DNA of 64,000 bases from the human T2T-CHM13v2.0 reference genome, Homo sapiens, in NCBI RefSeq assembly GCF_009914755.1, contig NC_060930.1; one strand, given 5' to 3'. The stretch's first letter is position 1, and every line of letters begins with the position of its first letter. Position numbers and translations under genes: made by a program. The notes under the pieces were generated by a model. It was not told where the DNA came from. It saw only the letters and a list, made by a program, of their open reading frames with translations, and did no database searches. Shown piece after piece: positions 13,447 through 31,276 of this stretch.

Positions 13447-14349
13447 TGTGGTATCTTCTAAAATGGCTCCCAGTTACCAGTACCTCCTGATATTCAAGCC
13501 CTTGTGAAAGCCTCTTCTACTAATTGTGGCCTGGACCTAGTGACTCATGTTTAACAACAGAATATGGCAGAAGTAGGTGGGATATCACTTCCAAGATTAA
13601 ATTATAAGAGGCTGTGACTTTGCCTTACAGATAATCTCCACCCTGTTGTTCTCTCGCTTGCTCACTCTAATAAAGCAAGCTGCTATGTTGCAAGCTGCCC
13701 AGTGGAAAGGTCCCTCTAGCAAGGAGCAAAGGGCATCTTGCAGCCAACAACCAGAAAGGAACTGATTTCCTCAGTCCAACAGCCCAGGAGGAAGCGACAC
13801 CTGCCAGGAGTCAAATGAGTGAGTTTAAAAGTGGATCTACCTCCATCAGAGCCTTCAGATGACTGGGTACTTGCCAACACCCTGACTGCAGCCTTATAAG
13901 AGGACCTGAACCAGGAGACCCAGCTAAGCTACACCTGGATTCCTAACCACAGAAACTGTGAGATAATAAACATTTGCTGCTTTAAGCCACTAAGTTTTAC
14001 AAGTTTCTCCAGTGGTTTTCTTCTCATATTCTTCTGGCTGATTCTTCAGTTTTCTTGTAGGTTTATCTTCCTCTGCCCACCCTCAATATTGGTGTTTCTC
14101 TGTCATTTCCTAGCAATCTCACCCACTTTTACTGTTTTAACTCCCACTTATAACTTATGATTGTTAAATCTATATCTCTTGCTGCATATTCTCCCCTGAG
14201 TTCCAGACCCATAGCTTGTCTTCCTTCAGTCGTTTCCACGTAGGTAATTCATATGTATCTCTAGCTTAGCAAGTTCCATGTTTTATCTTGATTAGATAGG
14301 AGCAATGATAATCTTTTAATCTTTTGTGCAGCAATAGAAAACTAATACA
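13447..14349 (+). mobile_element. MaLR solo LTR (MLT1E/F-like), interrupted near its 3' end by the inverted duplication
   Basis: TG...CA ends; AGAAACTGTGAGATAATAAACATTTGCTGCTTTAAGCCACTAAGTTTT [insert] GCAGCAATAGAAAACTAATACA. Confidence 0.85.
13997..14312. repeat. Inverted repeat arm B (inserted copy of 11997-12314)
   Basis: Base-by-base comparison with arm A. Confidence 0.97.
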
Positions 14350-14522
14350 GATTGATGTTAGGAAGATAACATCAGTGCTATGAATATAGTTAAAAACATG
14401 AACTATGAAGCCAAACTTCTGCCTTGGATGAGTTACCTAATCTCTACATACCTGTTTCTTCAACTGTGAAGTAGGACTAATAATACTTACCTCATAATGT
14501 GGTTAGAAAAATGAAGGAAGTT

Positions 14523-16715
14523 TCCTTGTAAGTTGTATTCCTAGGTATTTTATTCACTTTGTAGCAACTGCAAAAGGGAGTTTGCTCATGATTTGGCTCT
14601 CTGTTTTTCTATTATTGGTGTATAGGAATGCTTGTGATTTTTGCACATTGATTTTGTATCCTGAAACTTTGCTGAAGTTGTTTATCAGCTTAAGGAGTTT
14701 TTGGGCTGAGACAATGGGGTTTTCTAAATATACAATCATGTCATCTACAAATAGCGATAATATGACTTCCTCTCTTCCTATTTGAATACCCTTTATTTCT
14801 TTCTCTTGCCTGATTGTCCTGGCCAGAACTTCCAATACTATGTGGAATAGGAGTGGTGAGAGAGGGCATCCTTGTCTTGTGCCAGTTTTCAAAGGGAATG
14901 CTTCCAGCTTTTGTCCAGTCAGTATGATATTGGCTGTGGGTTTGTCATAAATAGCTTTTTTTATTTTGACATATGTTCTGTCCATACCTAGTTTACTGAG
15001 TGTTAAGGACCTCTTTAAAGAGAACTACAAACCACTGCTCAAGGAAATAAGAGAGGACACAGACAAATGGAAAAATATTCCATGCTCACAGATAGAAAGA
15101 ATCAATATTGTGAAAATGGCCATACTGCCCAAAGTAATTTAAAGATTCAATGCTATTCTCATCAAGCTACCATTGACTTTCTTCATGATTCAGAAAAAAC
15201 TTCTTTAAATTTCATATGGAACCAAAAAAGAGCCCGTATAGCCAAGACAATCCTAAGCAAAAATAACAAAGCTGGAGGCATCATGCTACCTGACTTCAAA
15301 CTATACTACAATGCTACAGTAAACAAAACAGCATGGTAGTGGTACCAAAACAGATATCTAGACCAACGGAACAGAACAGAGGCCTCAGAAATAACACCAC
15401 ACATCTACAACCATCTGATCTTTGACAAACCTTACAAAAACAACCAATGGGGAAAGGATTCCCTATTAAATAAATGTTGTTGGGAAAACTGGCTAGCCAT
15501 ATGCAGAAAACTGAAATGGGACCCCTTCCTTACACCTTGTACAAAAATTAACTCAAGACGGATTAAAGATTTAAACATAAGAACTAAAACCATAAAAACC
15601 CTAGAAGAAAACCTAGGCAATACCATTCAGGACATAGGCATGGGCAAAGACTTCATGACTAAAACACCAAAAGCAATGGCAACAAAAGCCCAAATTGAGA
15701 AATGGGATCTAATTAAACAAAAGAGCTCCTGCACAGCAAAAGAAACCATCATCAGAGTGAACAGGGAACCTTCAGAATGGGAGAAAATTTTTGCAATCTA
15801 TCCATCTGACAAAGGGCTAATACCAAGAATCTACAGGGAACTTAAACAAATTTACAAGAAATAAAAACCATCAAAAAGTGGGCAAAGGATATGAACAGAC
15901 ACTTTTCAAAAGAAGACATTCATGCAGTCAACAAATATATGAAAAAAAGCTCATCATCACTAGAGAAATCCAAACCAAAACCACAATGAGATAGCATGTC
16001 ATGTCAGTTAGAATGGGATCATTAAAAAGTCAGGAAACAACAGATGCTGGAGAGGATGTGGAGAAAGAGGAATGCTTTTACACTGTTGGTGGGAGTGTAA
16101 ATTAGTTCAACCATTGTGGAGGACAGTGTGGCGATTCCTCAAGGATCTAGAACTAGAAAATACCATTTGACCCAGCAATCCCATTGCTGGGTATATACCC
16201 AAAGGATTATAAATCATTCTACTATAAAGACACATGCACATGCATGTTTATTGTGGCACTATTCACAATAGCAAAGACTTGGAACCAACCCAGATGCCCA
16301 TCAATGTTGGACTGGATAAAGAAAATGTGGCACATATACACCATGGAACACTATGCAGCCATAAAAAAGAATGAGTTCATGTCCTTTGCAGGAACATGGA
16401 TGAAGCTGGAAACCATCATTCTCAGCAAACTAACACAAGAACAGAAAACCAAACACTGCATGTTCTCACTCATAAGTGAGAGTTGAACAGTAAGAACACA
16501 TGGGCACAGGGAGGGGAACATCACACACCAGGGCCTGTCAGGGGGTGTTGAGCAAAGGGAGGGACAGCATTAGGAGAAATACCTAATGTAGATGACAGGT
16601 TGATGGGAGCAGCAAAGCACCATTGCATGTGTATACCTATGTAACAGAACTGCATGTTCTACACCTGTATCCCAGAATTTAAGTATAATCTTAAAAAATA
16701 AAAAAAATTGAAAAC
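14523..16715 (+). mobile_element. 5'-truncated, 5'-inverted L1 (L1PA7-like) inserted into a MIR; inverted part ~14523-15003
   Basis: Minus-strand RT segment (QGCPLSP, FVDD), then plus-strand ORF2 continuing from the adjacent L1 position. TSD AAAATGAA(G/T)GAAGTT at 14508-14522 and 16716-16730. MIR halves at ~14370-14522 and ~16731-16770. Confidence 0.93.
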
Positions 16716-17476
16716 AAAATGAATGAAGTTAATATTTATAAAAGACTTAGAAATTGCCTGTCACAAGGTACTACAGTGTTTTTTAAAGAAAAAAAGTATA
16801 TACATGATCCTCTCCTATCACTACCTCATATAGTTTATTTCCAGTCAATCACCTAATTTAATACTCTGAACAACTATATGAAGTAAGTATTGCAATTATT
16901 CTTCCCCATTTCATAGGAATTCCTTTTACTCAAAGGAATAGGTAACAAGTTGTGTGACCTATAATAGATGTTCTATAAGTATTTACTGGGGGAAAAACAA
17001 GCCAAACTAAACTTTTTAAAAATGGAGATATTTATCCTCTTTAAATTGTAATAAGATCTATCTGTCATTAATTACCCTCAATACTAAAGTTTTTTTACAG
17101 ATCTTTCTCATTTTGGAGAAATGTATTACAAAAATTATCCAGCTAAGCTGAGAAACTACAAAAAAGGTTATATAGAAAAAATATGTATGTTATTTCAACT
17201 ATCACATATGACATCTAATCCTATTACAATGGATAGAAAAAGGTTTGCACTGACAGGCATAATACTGGAGGAAATTGAGTGACACACATTTCCTACTTTG
17301 AAGGGTGCAGTAGCCTCAGTACTGCCTAAGTAAACATCAACACATACTTTTAATACAACCAACAGAGGTCAAAACTGATGTAAAAGTTCACAAACCTATG
17401 ATGATTTACATTTGCAGTAAGAAAATATTTTCAATTATATTCCATTACTCAAGAATCTTGAGTAATGTTTTACTCA

Positions 17477-19013
<1,537 letters not shown>

Positions 19014-19334
19014 AAGGCCACTTTATTGAATGTGAACCCTCTTGACTGGGGAAGGGGCTATCTGCAGTGAGCATTTGTTCATTACTCCTCTTGGCTACTA
19101 ATCATCATCCTCACAAATGAAGGCACCGATAAACTTGACCCTAATGGCCTAACCCTGAAGCTGATAGGGTTCATACTTAGCCCTAAGTAAACCACATCAC
19201 CAAGCCACAAAAATCCTCAATGTCAAAGGTGTTAGCCATGTACCAAGTTGATCTTTTCAAGCTAATACCAAGAGTCTCAAAACAAGCTTGACTCCAAGTC
19301 CCAATCTTGTTAGGTTCAGGATGGTCCCAACTTA

Positions 19335-20900
19335 ATCTATTTATTCAATACCTAATTAGCCCATACTTTCTTATGTGCCAGACACTGTTCTAACTCTGAA
19401 ACAAAGAAAACACTATCTGCCTGTGTGGAGTTATATTCAGAGGATACTAAAAATAAGCCAAATAAATAAGATACACAGTATAAGATGCTTAACAGCCAAG
19501 AAGATAAAATAAAAAGCAAGGGAAGAGGAATACTTTAAGAGTCAGTAGAAAGAGATTAAATTTTAAAATTCAGAGGGTGACCAGTGAAACACTCACCAAG
19601 ATGGAAACATGTAAGTAGAGATTTTGAGGAAATGAGAAGTGAGCATGTGGATAAATGTCAGAACAACAAAAAAATTCAGGCAGAGGAAATAACGAGTGAG
19701 GCAAAAGCATGCCTGGATGGTAGGACAAATAGTAAAGAGGGCTAGTGTGGCTGACGAAGACTGAGCAAGGAGAAGTTGTAGAAGATGAGATCCGAGAGGG
19801 AATAGAGAGCCAGGCCATGCAGGACTTCATGAGTTACACATGCTCTGATTTACATTTTAACTGTATCTCTCTAGCTGTTATGTTAAGAAGAAACTGAAGG
19901 AGACAAGAAGCAGAAGATGAAGACCAGCCGGGAGCTACTGCAGAATTCAGGTGGCAGCCTGGATCAGGGTAGGAGCATTGAGGAGAGGTAAAATCCTCTA
20001 TATATTTTGAAGGCCAGCCAATGAGATTTTGCTAGCAGGTTAGAGATGGGACATGAAAAGTAGAGATGATGCCAAGGTATTAGGCCTGAGTTGCTATGGT
20101 CAAAGAAGGAAAGACTGCAAGAGTAGCAGATTACTGGGGAGAATACAGGGAGATCAGTTTGGGGCATGTCATCTTGAGATGTCTAATAGACATTTCTACT
20201 ATAGTAGAAATTAGGGCTGTTCACAAACAATGATTTTTTTCCTCCTTTCAAGTACTTTAGAGAATTGTACTTCCCTATCCTCTTTGACTTGATTTGTCCA
20301 AATGGAAAGGGAACAGAATTACTTCTGTCACTTCTGGTCAGAAGCTTTAAGAATCAGGGTGAGATTAGTCTCATCCCCTTTCTCTGCCAGGGTGATCAAA
20401 AGAACTGAGCCACCAGCCAACCTATTTTGCAATGTAGCATGGATAAGAAATAAACATGTGTGTTAAGCCCTCGAGGATTTGGAGACTGTTAGTTATTGCA
20501 GCATATTTACATTATGCAGACTGATACAAGATTCAAGTGGAGAAGTTAAGAAGGCAGTTGGGTATGATTCTCAAGTAAAGGGGGAATAAAATTTGGAGAA
20601 TTGTCAGGACATAAAAAATTAAACAATGAGATTAGATGAAATTAATAAGGGAACTAGTGACGTTGTGAACAGTCTTGGAGAACTCCAAGATATTGAAGGG
20701 TCTGGGAATGAAGGAAATCCCATAGGTTGAAAAGAACCACCAAGAAAGGAAGGAGGAAATGCCATTGAGTGAAGTGTCCTGAAAGCCAAATGAAGGAAAT
20801 GTTTCCAGGAAAAGAAAGCATCTATTGAATTAAATGCTGTCGATAGATCTGAGGATGGGGAATAGGCCATTAGATGTAATTATGTGAATATTATTAAGGA
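19335..20900 (-). mobile_element. L2 fragments, interrupted by an old MLT1 LTR (~20205-20528)
   Basis: L2 3'-end-like ATTTATTCAA...ATGTGCCAGACACTGTTCTA plus purine-rich L2 body; MLT1 end motif TTAAGCC...GGATTTGG...GTTATTGCAGCA...CTGATACA. Approximate. Confidence 0.6.
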
Positions 20901-21975
20901 CCTTTATAAAGCATTTTTTGTTAGCTATGACCCAAGACCACTTCTGCACTTTGTCCTGGGAATAAGGCAAAAGGGGTTATTTAATAGCTGAGTTTAATCT
21001 TTCTATGGTGGGTAACATATTCTGATGATGTTAAATTCAATATTTTTCTGCAAGGAAGCTGAGTATATTTCTGTTTTTAACAGCATTCAACAGGCCTTAT
21101 TATGTTCTTTGTTATTCTTATCTTGTTTTGTAGCTTAATGTTACCAGCTTCATAAGTCATCCTGAAATCAGAGGATATTCTTATCTTTCTGAAATCTTTG
21201 TTTCATCATTCTCACCTCCCTTTACCTCTAAACATTCTATCATTCCACCCTGACATTTCAAGAAATTATGGAAGTCTCCTTTTCAAGCTCGAATTATTGT
21301 CAATACTTGATCTCACCTTCTTTGAACATCTCATTTTAATGCTCATTATACTGTATTGTTGTTTACTAAATTATCCATTTGTAATAAACATCAAAATTTC
21401 ATAATGCCCTTCAGTCTTCTCTGACTACAGGAAGCAAACAGAGAAATAAAGTAATAGCATATTTCTGCTTTTTTGTCTGACAATTCTTATGTTGCCTAGC
21501 AGTGGAAGTATTTTAAACAGCAACAAGTACAATGTTGTCAAATACCAGCAAATAAAATAAACATAGGATACTTCCCTCCCTTTTTCCCCAAATGTATTCC
21601 ATGTCCCCGAATTCTATGTGCCATAGAAAATATTGGTCCATAACTGATAATGTTCAATTAGTGTAGGAAATAAAGCATCATGCAAAGCATCATGCTAAAC
21701 ATCCATTCTTTAATTTCCCACGTTACATTCAATTACCCTAATATATCTGTTGTGAATAATTTTCTCTTCCACTGCATAAATATTTTCCACCTTTTGAATA
21801 TACAATATATAACCTATTAAATAGTAGTTGAGCCATTCAGTGTTAAGACATTCATTCTCACAGACATACACATAGTAAATATCCTTTCGGTTACAGAAGG
21901 CTTGCTAAATTGACACTTATGGGACTAGCTAAATTAAATTCCTCTTTTTTTCCTTGTATTAAGTCTTTAGCTTAC

Positions 21976-22134
21976 TTTGGAGATATTCTTGCAGACTTCC
22001 ATGTCTCATCAACTCTGTAATAATATAAATTGGATCTTCTAAAGTGCAAACAGCATAAAGCTGGATAAGCTTTGGATGTCTTAGGTTCTTCATTATCTGT
22101 GCCTCCCTCAGGAAGTCATTTGGATCCATTGAAC
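21976..22134 (-). CDS. FRK: FRK exon 5: alphaC helix to hinge, [53 protein letters not shown]
   Basis: Not in the ORF track; translated by hand. Acceptor tttcag|, donor |gtaagc, 159 nt, phase 1-1. Confidence 0.97.
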
Positions 22135-23867
22135 CTGAAACAAGAAGAGGGAGAAATCACTTTATGTTATTGAGGCATTCCTATCCTCACAGCAGCCTGG
22201 TGGGAATCATCAAGATTGCCTCCTGCTTCTCAGTAGAGTAAGAGCCTCAGTATCACAAATCTTCAGAGTTATCAAAAAGAGAATCAGTTCAGCCAGAGCA
22301 ACCTAGTAACTGGATGTGTTGGTGCATCAGGAGTATACGGTTTATATGTTATGACCTGTAGGTGAAGAGAGGTTGATTCAGATCTACATGAAAAATGAAG
22401 GAAAAAGGAGAGACTGACAATCTAACTGATAAAACAAGGCATCTTAACACAAAAGGAAAACATTCTATGAACACGAGCACTGAAGGTCACTGAATATTTA
22501 ATTACTGCAACCAGAGACTGATACCTGCCCTGTCCTTGGTGCCCACTGTGGGAACAGCTGGACAAAAATCCTAAAACAGTGACATTCTGCCATACTTTTG
22601 TCTTTAATTCTGTAGGAACATAGTGTGTAGACCAAGTGGAAAACATCCAAGACCATCCCCAAAAGTTAATGGGGTTTTTTTCACATGTTTTATATGTTCA
22701 ACTCGAAACTGATATTTAATATTTTCTCCTGTACTATCTGCTTCCACAGTCAGAGCCTTAATAGCATGGCCAAATGGAGGAGAGACAATATTAAGGCCTA
22801 TTTAGAAGACTTGTCTGCAATTAAATCGTATTTTAATGGATCCACTCTGACTCATCATGCAAGGTGTCAAGTAGTTGACATCAAATAAAATCTAAGAGGA
22901 GGAAGATTATCTGGAGTTTACATTTCATCAGTAATTTTAAAATCTTTTCTTTTAGAATATGATGTTTCAGAGGCATTACTGTAATTAAAGGAATACTGTC
23001 ATTTCACATCTTAGTATTCACTATGAATAATGCAAATATGGTTTCCATTGATGCTCAAAGAGACTACTACATTCATCATCCTCTCAATGTTGAAGACTTT
23101 ACAACTGATATTTAAACCCAGACATGGATAAGCTTTGACATTCTAAGGCAAAACTATGACTTGTTTATTAATGTGAAGTTGAGTTAGTTACATGTGACCT
23201 GCACATCATTTCACATAAAACATTTGAGCAGTCTCCCCTTTGAGAACCCAGAAGTTCAGAACTGGACTAATCAGACTCTGCATTCTAGACAAATCTCAAC
23301 TCTCTGCCACTAGTGCCCTGTGTGATCTTGAGCAAGTTATCAAACCTCTCTAAACTTCAGTTTCTTCATCTGTAAAACATGCCTAATAATTTACTGACAT
23401 TGTAAGATCATTACCAAGATAATAGCAATGCCTGCACGTATGTATTCAATGACTGTTGATCATTATTTATATTATCATTGATATGCATAGTCTTGGAAAA
23501 ACCAAACAGACCAGCTGTAAGTATATTTCACAGGCTAAGGAAGAAAAGGGACAAGGACTTAAAGAGAGAGAATAGGAGAAAATGGCCGATTCTCTTTTCC
23601 GTTACATGTTTCTGAGCTCCATCAATTCCATCTCTACCACTGGTTTACTCCACACAGTCAAATAGGATTAAAATTTGGAATCATAGTCACAAAATGGAGC
23701 TGAGAATAAGAGACACCTAAATCATAATAAGGGACTTTGTTCTTAATTGTTACAACTAGTTTGGCCTATGGTCAAATATAATATAGTGGGGAATCCCCCG
23801 ACTACCACCCCCCCAAAAAAGAAGCTTCCAATGATAGCAGTAATTATGATAACCATACAGAAAATTA

Positions 23868-24386
<519 letters not shown>

Positions 24387-25697
24387 CTATGCACAAGAAC
24401 TGAAATCACAGTAGGTCAGAAGCCTCTGCAGGTGAAGACTGTTTCAGAGCACTCCTTCATGGCCATGCTGGTTATAGCTCCCCAGCTGCAGAGTAAAGGA
24501 AACCCAATCTCAACTCAGCTAGTAATGTAACATTAAATATTAATTTTTGCCTGTCAAAGCTACTGTGGGAGTTCATTTCAGGCTCATCTTTATTGCGTAG
24601 TAGCCTGCTCAGCAATAAATAGCCGCTCATATTGATTAATGGCCCCAGTGAAGTGAAGACATTTAACCAATCACTAAAGCTGTTTGTGGCTATTACACTG
24701 TAAATCAATAATAATTATTCCTGTTGGAGAGAAAACTATCGTGGTTTTTTTTTAACATGAGAAATCTGACTTTTTTGTTGTCTTTTGACTTCCCAAAGGG
24801 CTTCCTTAGAGAACAACGTTAGGAAGGCTAGCTAGCTGCCTCTTCTTAGAAAAGAATTATTAGATTGGACAATAAAGTTCAGCCACCATTTATTAACAAG
24901 ATTAGGGTTTAAAAGCATATACACAGTGATTGTGAAAATCTCAGGTGCTAGAATAGAATGTCCTCACCTGGAGCACTCACATAGCATCTGGCCACTTTAA
25001 AGTGCCTGTCTCTTGCTTCATCTGCCAGATGAAAATGCTGAAACTGAATTCCTGCACTAGTAAATTTGCACTTCAGTGGACACATCTGTCAGCAGCCCCA
25101 TGGAGGCTAACATTTATTAAGAAGTTGCTGCATATACTTTACGTATATTGACTCCATTTGTCCTCATAAAACCCTAGAAATTAGGAACTATTATGATTCC
25201 CACTTCCAGATGAGAAGATTCCAAAAGGTTAAAAATTGTCTGAAGTCACAGAGGGCAGAGCCAGGTTTAAACACAGATTTATCTTATATCGAATTTGACA
25301 CTATTCACTTGTTACACCAGAGGATCCCAGTGTTTTCAGTTCGTGGAACCCTTAGTGTCTCCATAACTTTTTTCATGATGTCTCTAAGTGAAAATAAAAA
25401 AAAAAACTAACAGTTATTTTGATTACTGGGTTAGATCCAAACAAGTTAAGAAGTATTTATCTAGGGGAGGAGCCAAGATGGCCGAATAGGAACAGCTCCT
25501 GTCTACAGCTCCCAGCGTGAGCGACGCAGAAGACGGGTGATTTCTGCATTTCCATCTGAGGTACCGGGTTCATCTCACTAGGGAGTGCCAGACAGTGGGC
25601 GCAGGCCAGTGTGTGCGCGCACCGTGCACGAGCCGAAGCAGGGCGAGGCATTGCCTCACCTGGGAAGCGCAAGGGGTCAGGGAGTTCCCTTTCCGAG

Positions 25698-25913
25698 TCA
25701 AAGAAAGGGGTGACGGACGCACCTGGAAAATCGGGTCACTCCCACCCGAATATTGCGCTTTTCAGACCGGCTTAAAAAACGGCGCACCACTAGACTATAT
25801 CCCACACCTGGCTCAGAGGGTCCTACGCCCACGGAATCTCGCTGATTGCTAGCACAGCAGTCTGAGATCAAACTGCAAGGCGGCAGCGAGGCTGGGGGAA
25901 GGGCGCCCGCCAT
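25698..25913 (-). CDS. L1 ORF0 (71 aa, intact): MAGALPPASLPPCSLISDCC...RCVRHPFL
   Basis: ATG at 25911-25913 in GCAATGG context; 216 nt. Internal donors CAG|GTGTGG (+106, last exonic base 25808) and CAG|GTGCGT (+191, 25723). Confidence 0.9.
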   Translation of the reverse strand: MAGALPPASLPPCSLISDCCASNQRDSVGVGPSEPGVGYSLVVRRFLSRSEKRNIRVGVTRFSRCVRHPFL

Positions 25914-26100
25914 TGCCCAGGCTTGCTTAGGTAAACAAAGCAGCCCGGAAGCTCGAACTGGGTGGAGCCCACCACAGCTCAAGGAGGCCTGCCTGCCTCT
26001 GTAGGCTCCACCTCTGGGGGCAGGGCACAGACAAACAAAAAGACAGCAGTAACCTCTGCAGACTTAAGTGTCCCTGTCTGACAGCTTTGAAGAGAGCAGT
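25800..26100 (-). promoter_or_regulatory. L1 antisense promoter region (fires in the FRK-sense direction)
   Basis: Established location of the ASP at ~nt 400-600 of the L1HS 5'UTR; sequence intact. Activity at this locus is not shown by sequence. Confidence 0.65.
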
Positions 26101-26368
26101 GGTTCTCCCAGCACGCAGCTGGAGATCTGAGAACGGGCAGACTGCCTCCTCAAGTGGGTCCCTGACCCCTGGCACCCGAGCAGCCTAACTGGGAGGCACC
26201 CCCCAGCAGGGGCACACTGACACCTCACACGGCAGGGTATTCCAACAGACCTGCAGCTGAGGGTCCTGTCTGTTAGAAGGAAAACTAACAACCAGAAAGG
26301 ACATCTACACCGAAAACCCATCTGTACATCACCATCATCAAAGACCAAAAGTAGATAAAATCACAAAG

Positions 26369-27385
26369 ATGGGGAAAAAACAGAACAGAAAAACTGGAAA
26401 CTCTAAAACGCAGAGCGCCTCTCCTCCTCCAAAGGAACGCAGTTCCTCACCAGCAACAGAACAAAGCTGGATGGAGAATGATTTTGACGAGCTGAGAGAA
26501 GAAGGCTTCAGACGATCAAATTACTCTGAGCTACGGGAGGACATTCAAACCAAAGGCAAAGAAGTTGAAAACTTTGAAAAAAATTTAGAAGAATGTATAA
26601 CTAGAATAACCAATACAGAGAAGTGCTTAAAGGAGCTGATGGAGCTGAAAACCAAGGCTCGAGAACTACGTGAAGAATGCAGAAGCCTCAGAAGCCGATG
26701 CGATCAACTGGAAGAAAGGGTATCAGCAATGGAAGATGAAATGAATGAAATGAAGCAAGAAGGGAAGTTTAGAGAAAAAAGAATAAAAAGAAATGAGCAA
26801 AGCCTCCAAGAAATATGGGACTATGTGAAAAGACCAAATCTACGTCTGATTGGTGTACCTAAAAGTGATGTGGAGAATGGAACCAAGTTGGAAAACACTC
26901 TGCAGGATATTATCCAGGAGAACTTCCCCAATCTAGCAAGGCAGGCCAACGTTCAGATTCAGGAAATACAGAGAACGCCACAAAGATACTCCTCAAGAAG
27001 AGCAACTCCAAGACACATAATTGTCAGATTCACCAAAGTTGAAATGAAGGAAAAAATGTGAAGGGCAGCCAGAGAGAAAGGTCGGGTTACCCTCAAAGGA
27101 AAGCCCATCAGACTAACAGCGGATCTCTCGGCAGAAACCCTACAAGCCAGAAGAGAGTGGGGGCCAATATTCAACATTCTTAAAGAAAAGAATTTTCAAC
27201 CCAGAATTTCATATCCAGCCAAACTAAGCTTCATAAGTGAAGGAGAAATAAAATACTTTATAGACAAGCAAATGCTGAGAGATTTTGTCACCACCAGGCC
27301 TGCCCTAAAAGAGCTCCTGAAGGAAGCGCTAAACATGGAAAGGAACAACCGGTACCAGCCGCTGCAAAATCATGCCAAAATGTAA
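26369..27385 (+). pseudogene. L1 ORF1 with a premature stop at codon 231 (TTA>TGA, 27059-27061) and E165K
   Basis: 1017-nt ORF1 frame otherwise colinear to the TAA at 27383-27385; 63-nt spacer before ORF2. Confidence 0.95.
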
Positions 27386-27421
27386 AGACCATCGAGACTA
27401 GGAAGAAACTGCATCAACTAA

Positions 27422-31276
<3,855 letters not shown>

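Noticed and set aside
25457-25672. 71-aa minus-strand ORF in the L1 5'UTR (MRFPGEAM...), same length as ORF0
   Set aside because: Not ORF0: the true ORF0 is 25698-25913. This one starts at a non-ATG codon and is a generic antisense frame, also seen at 486-716.
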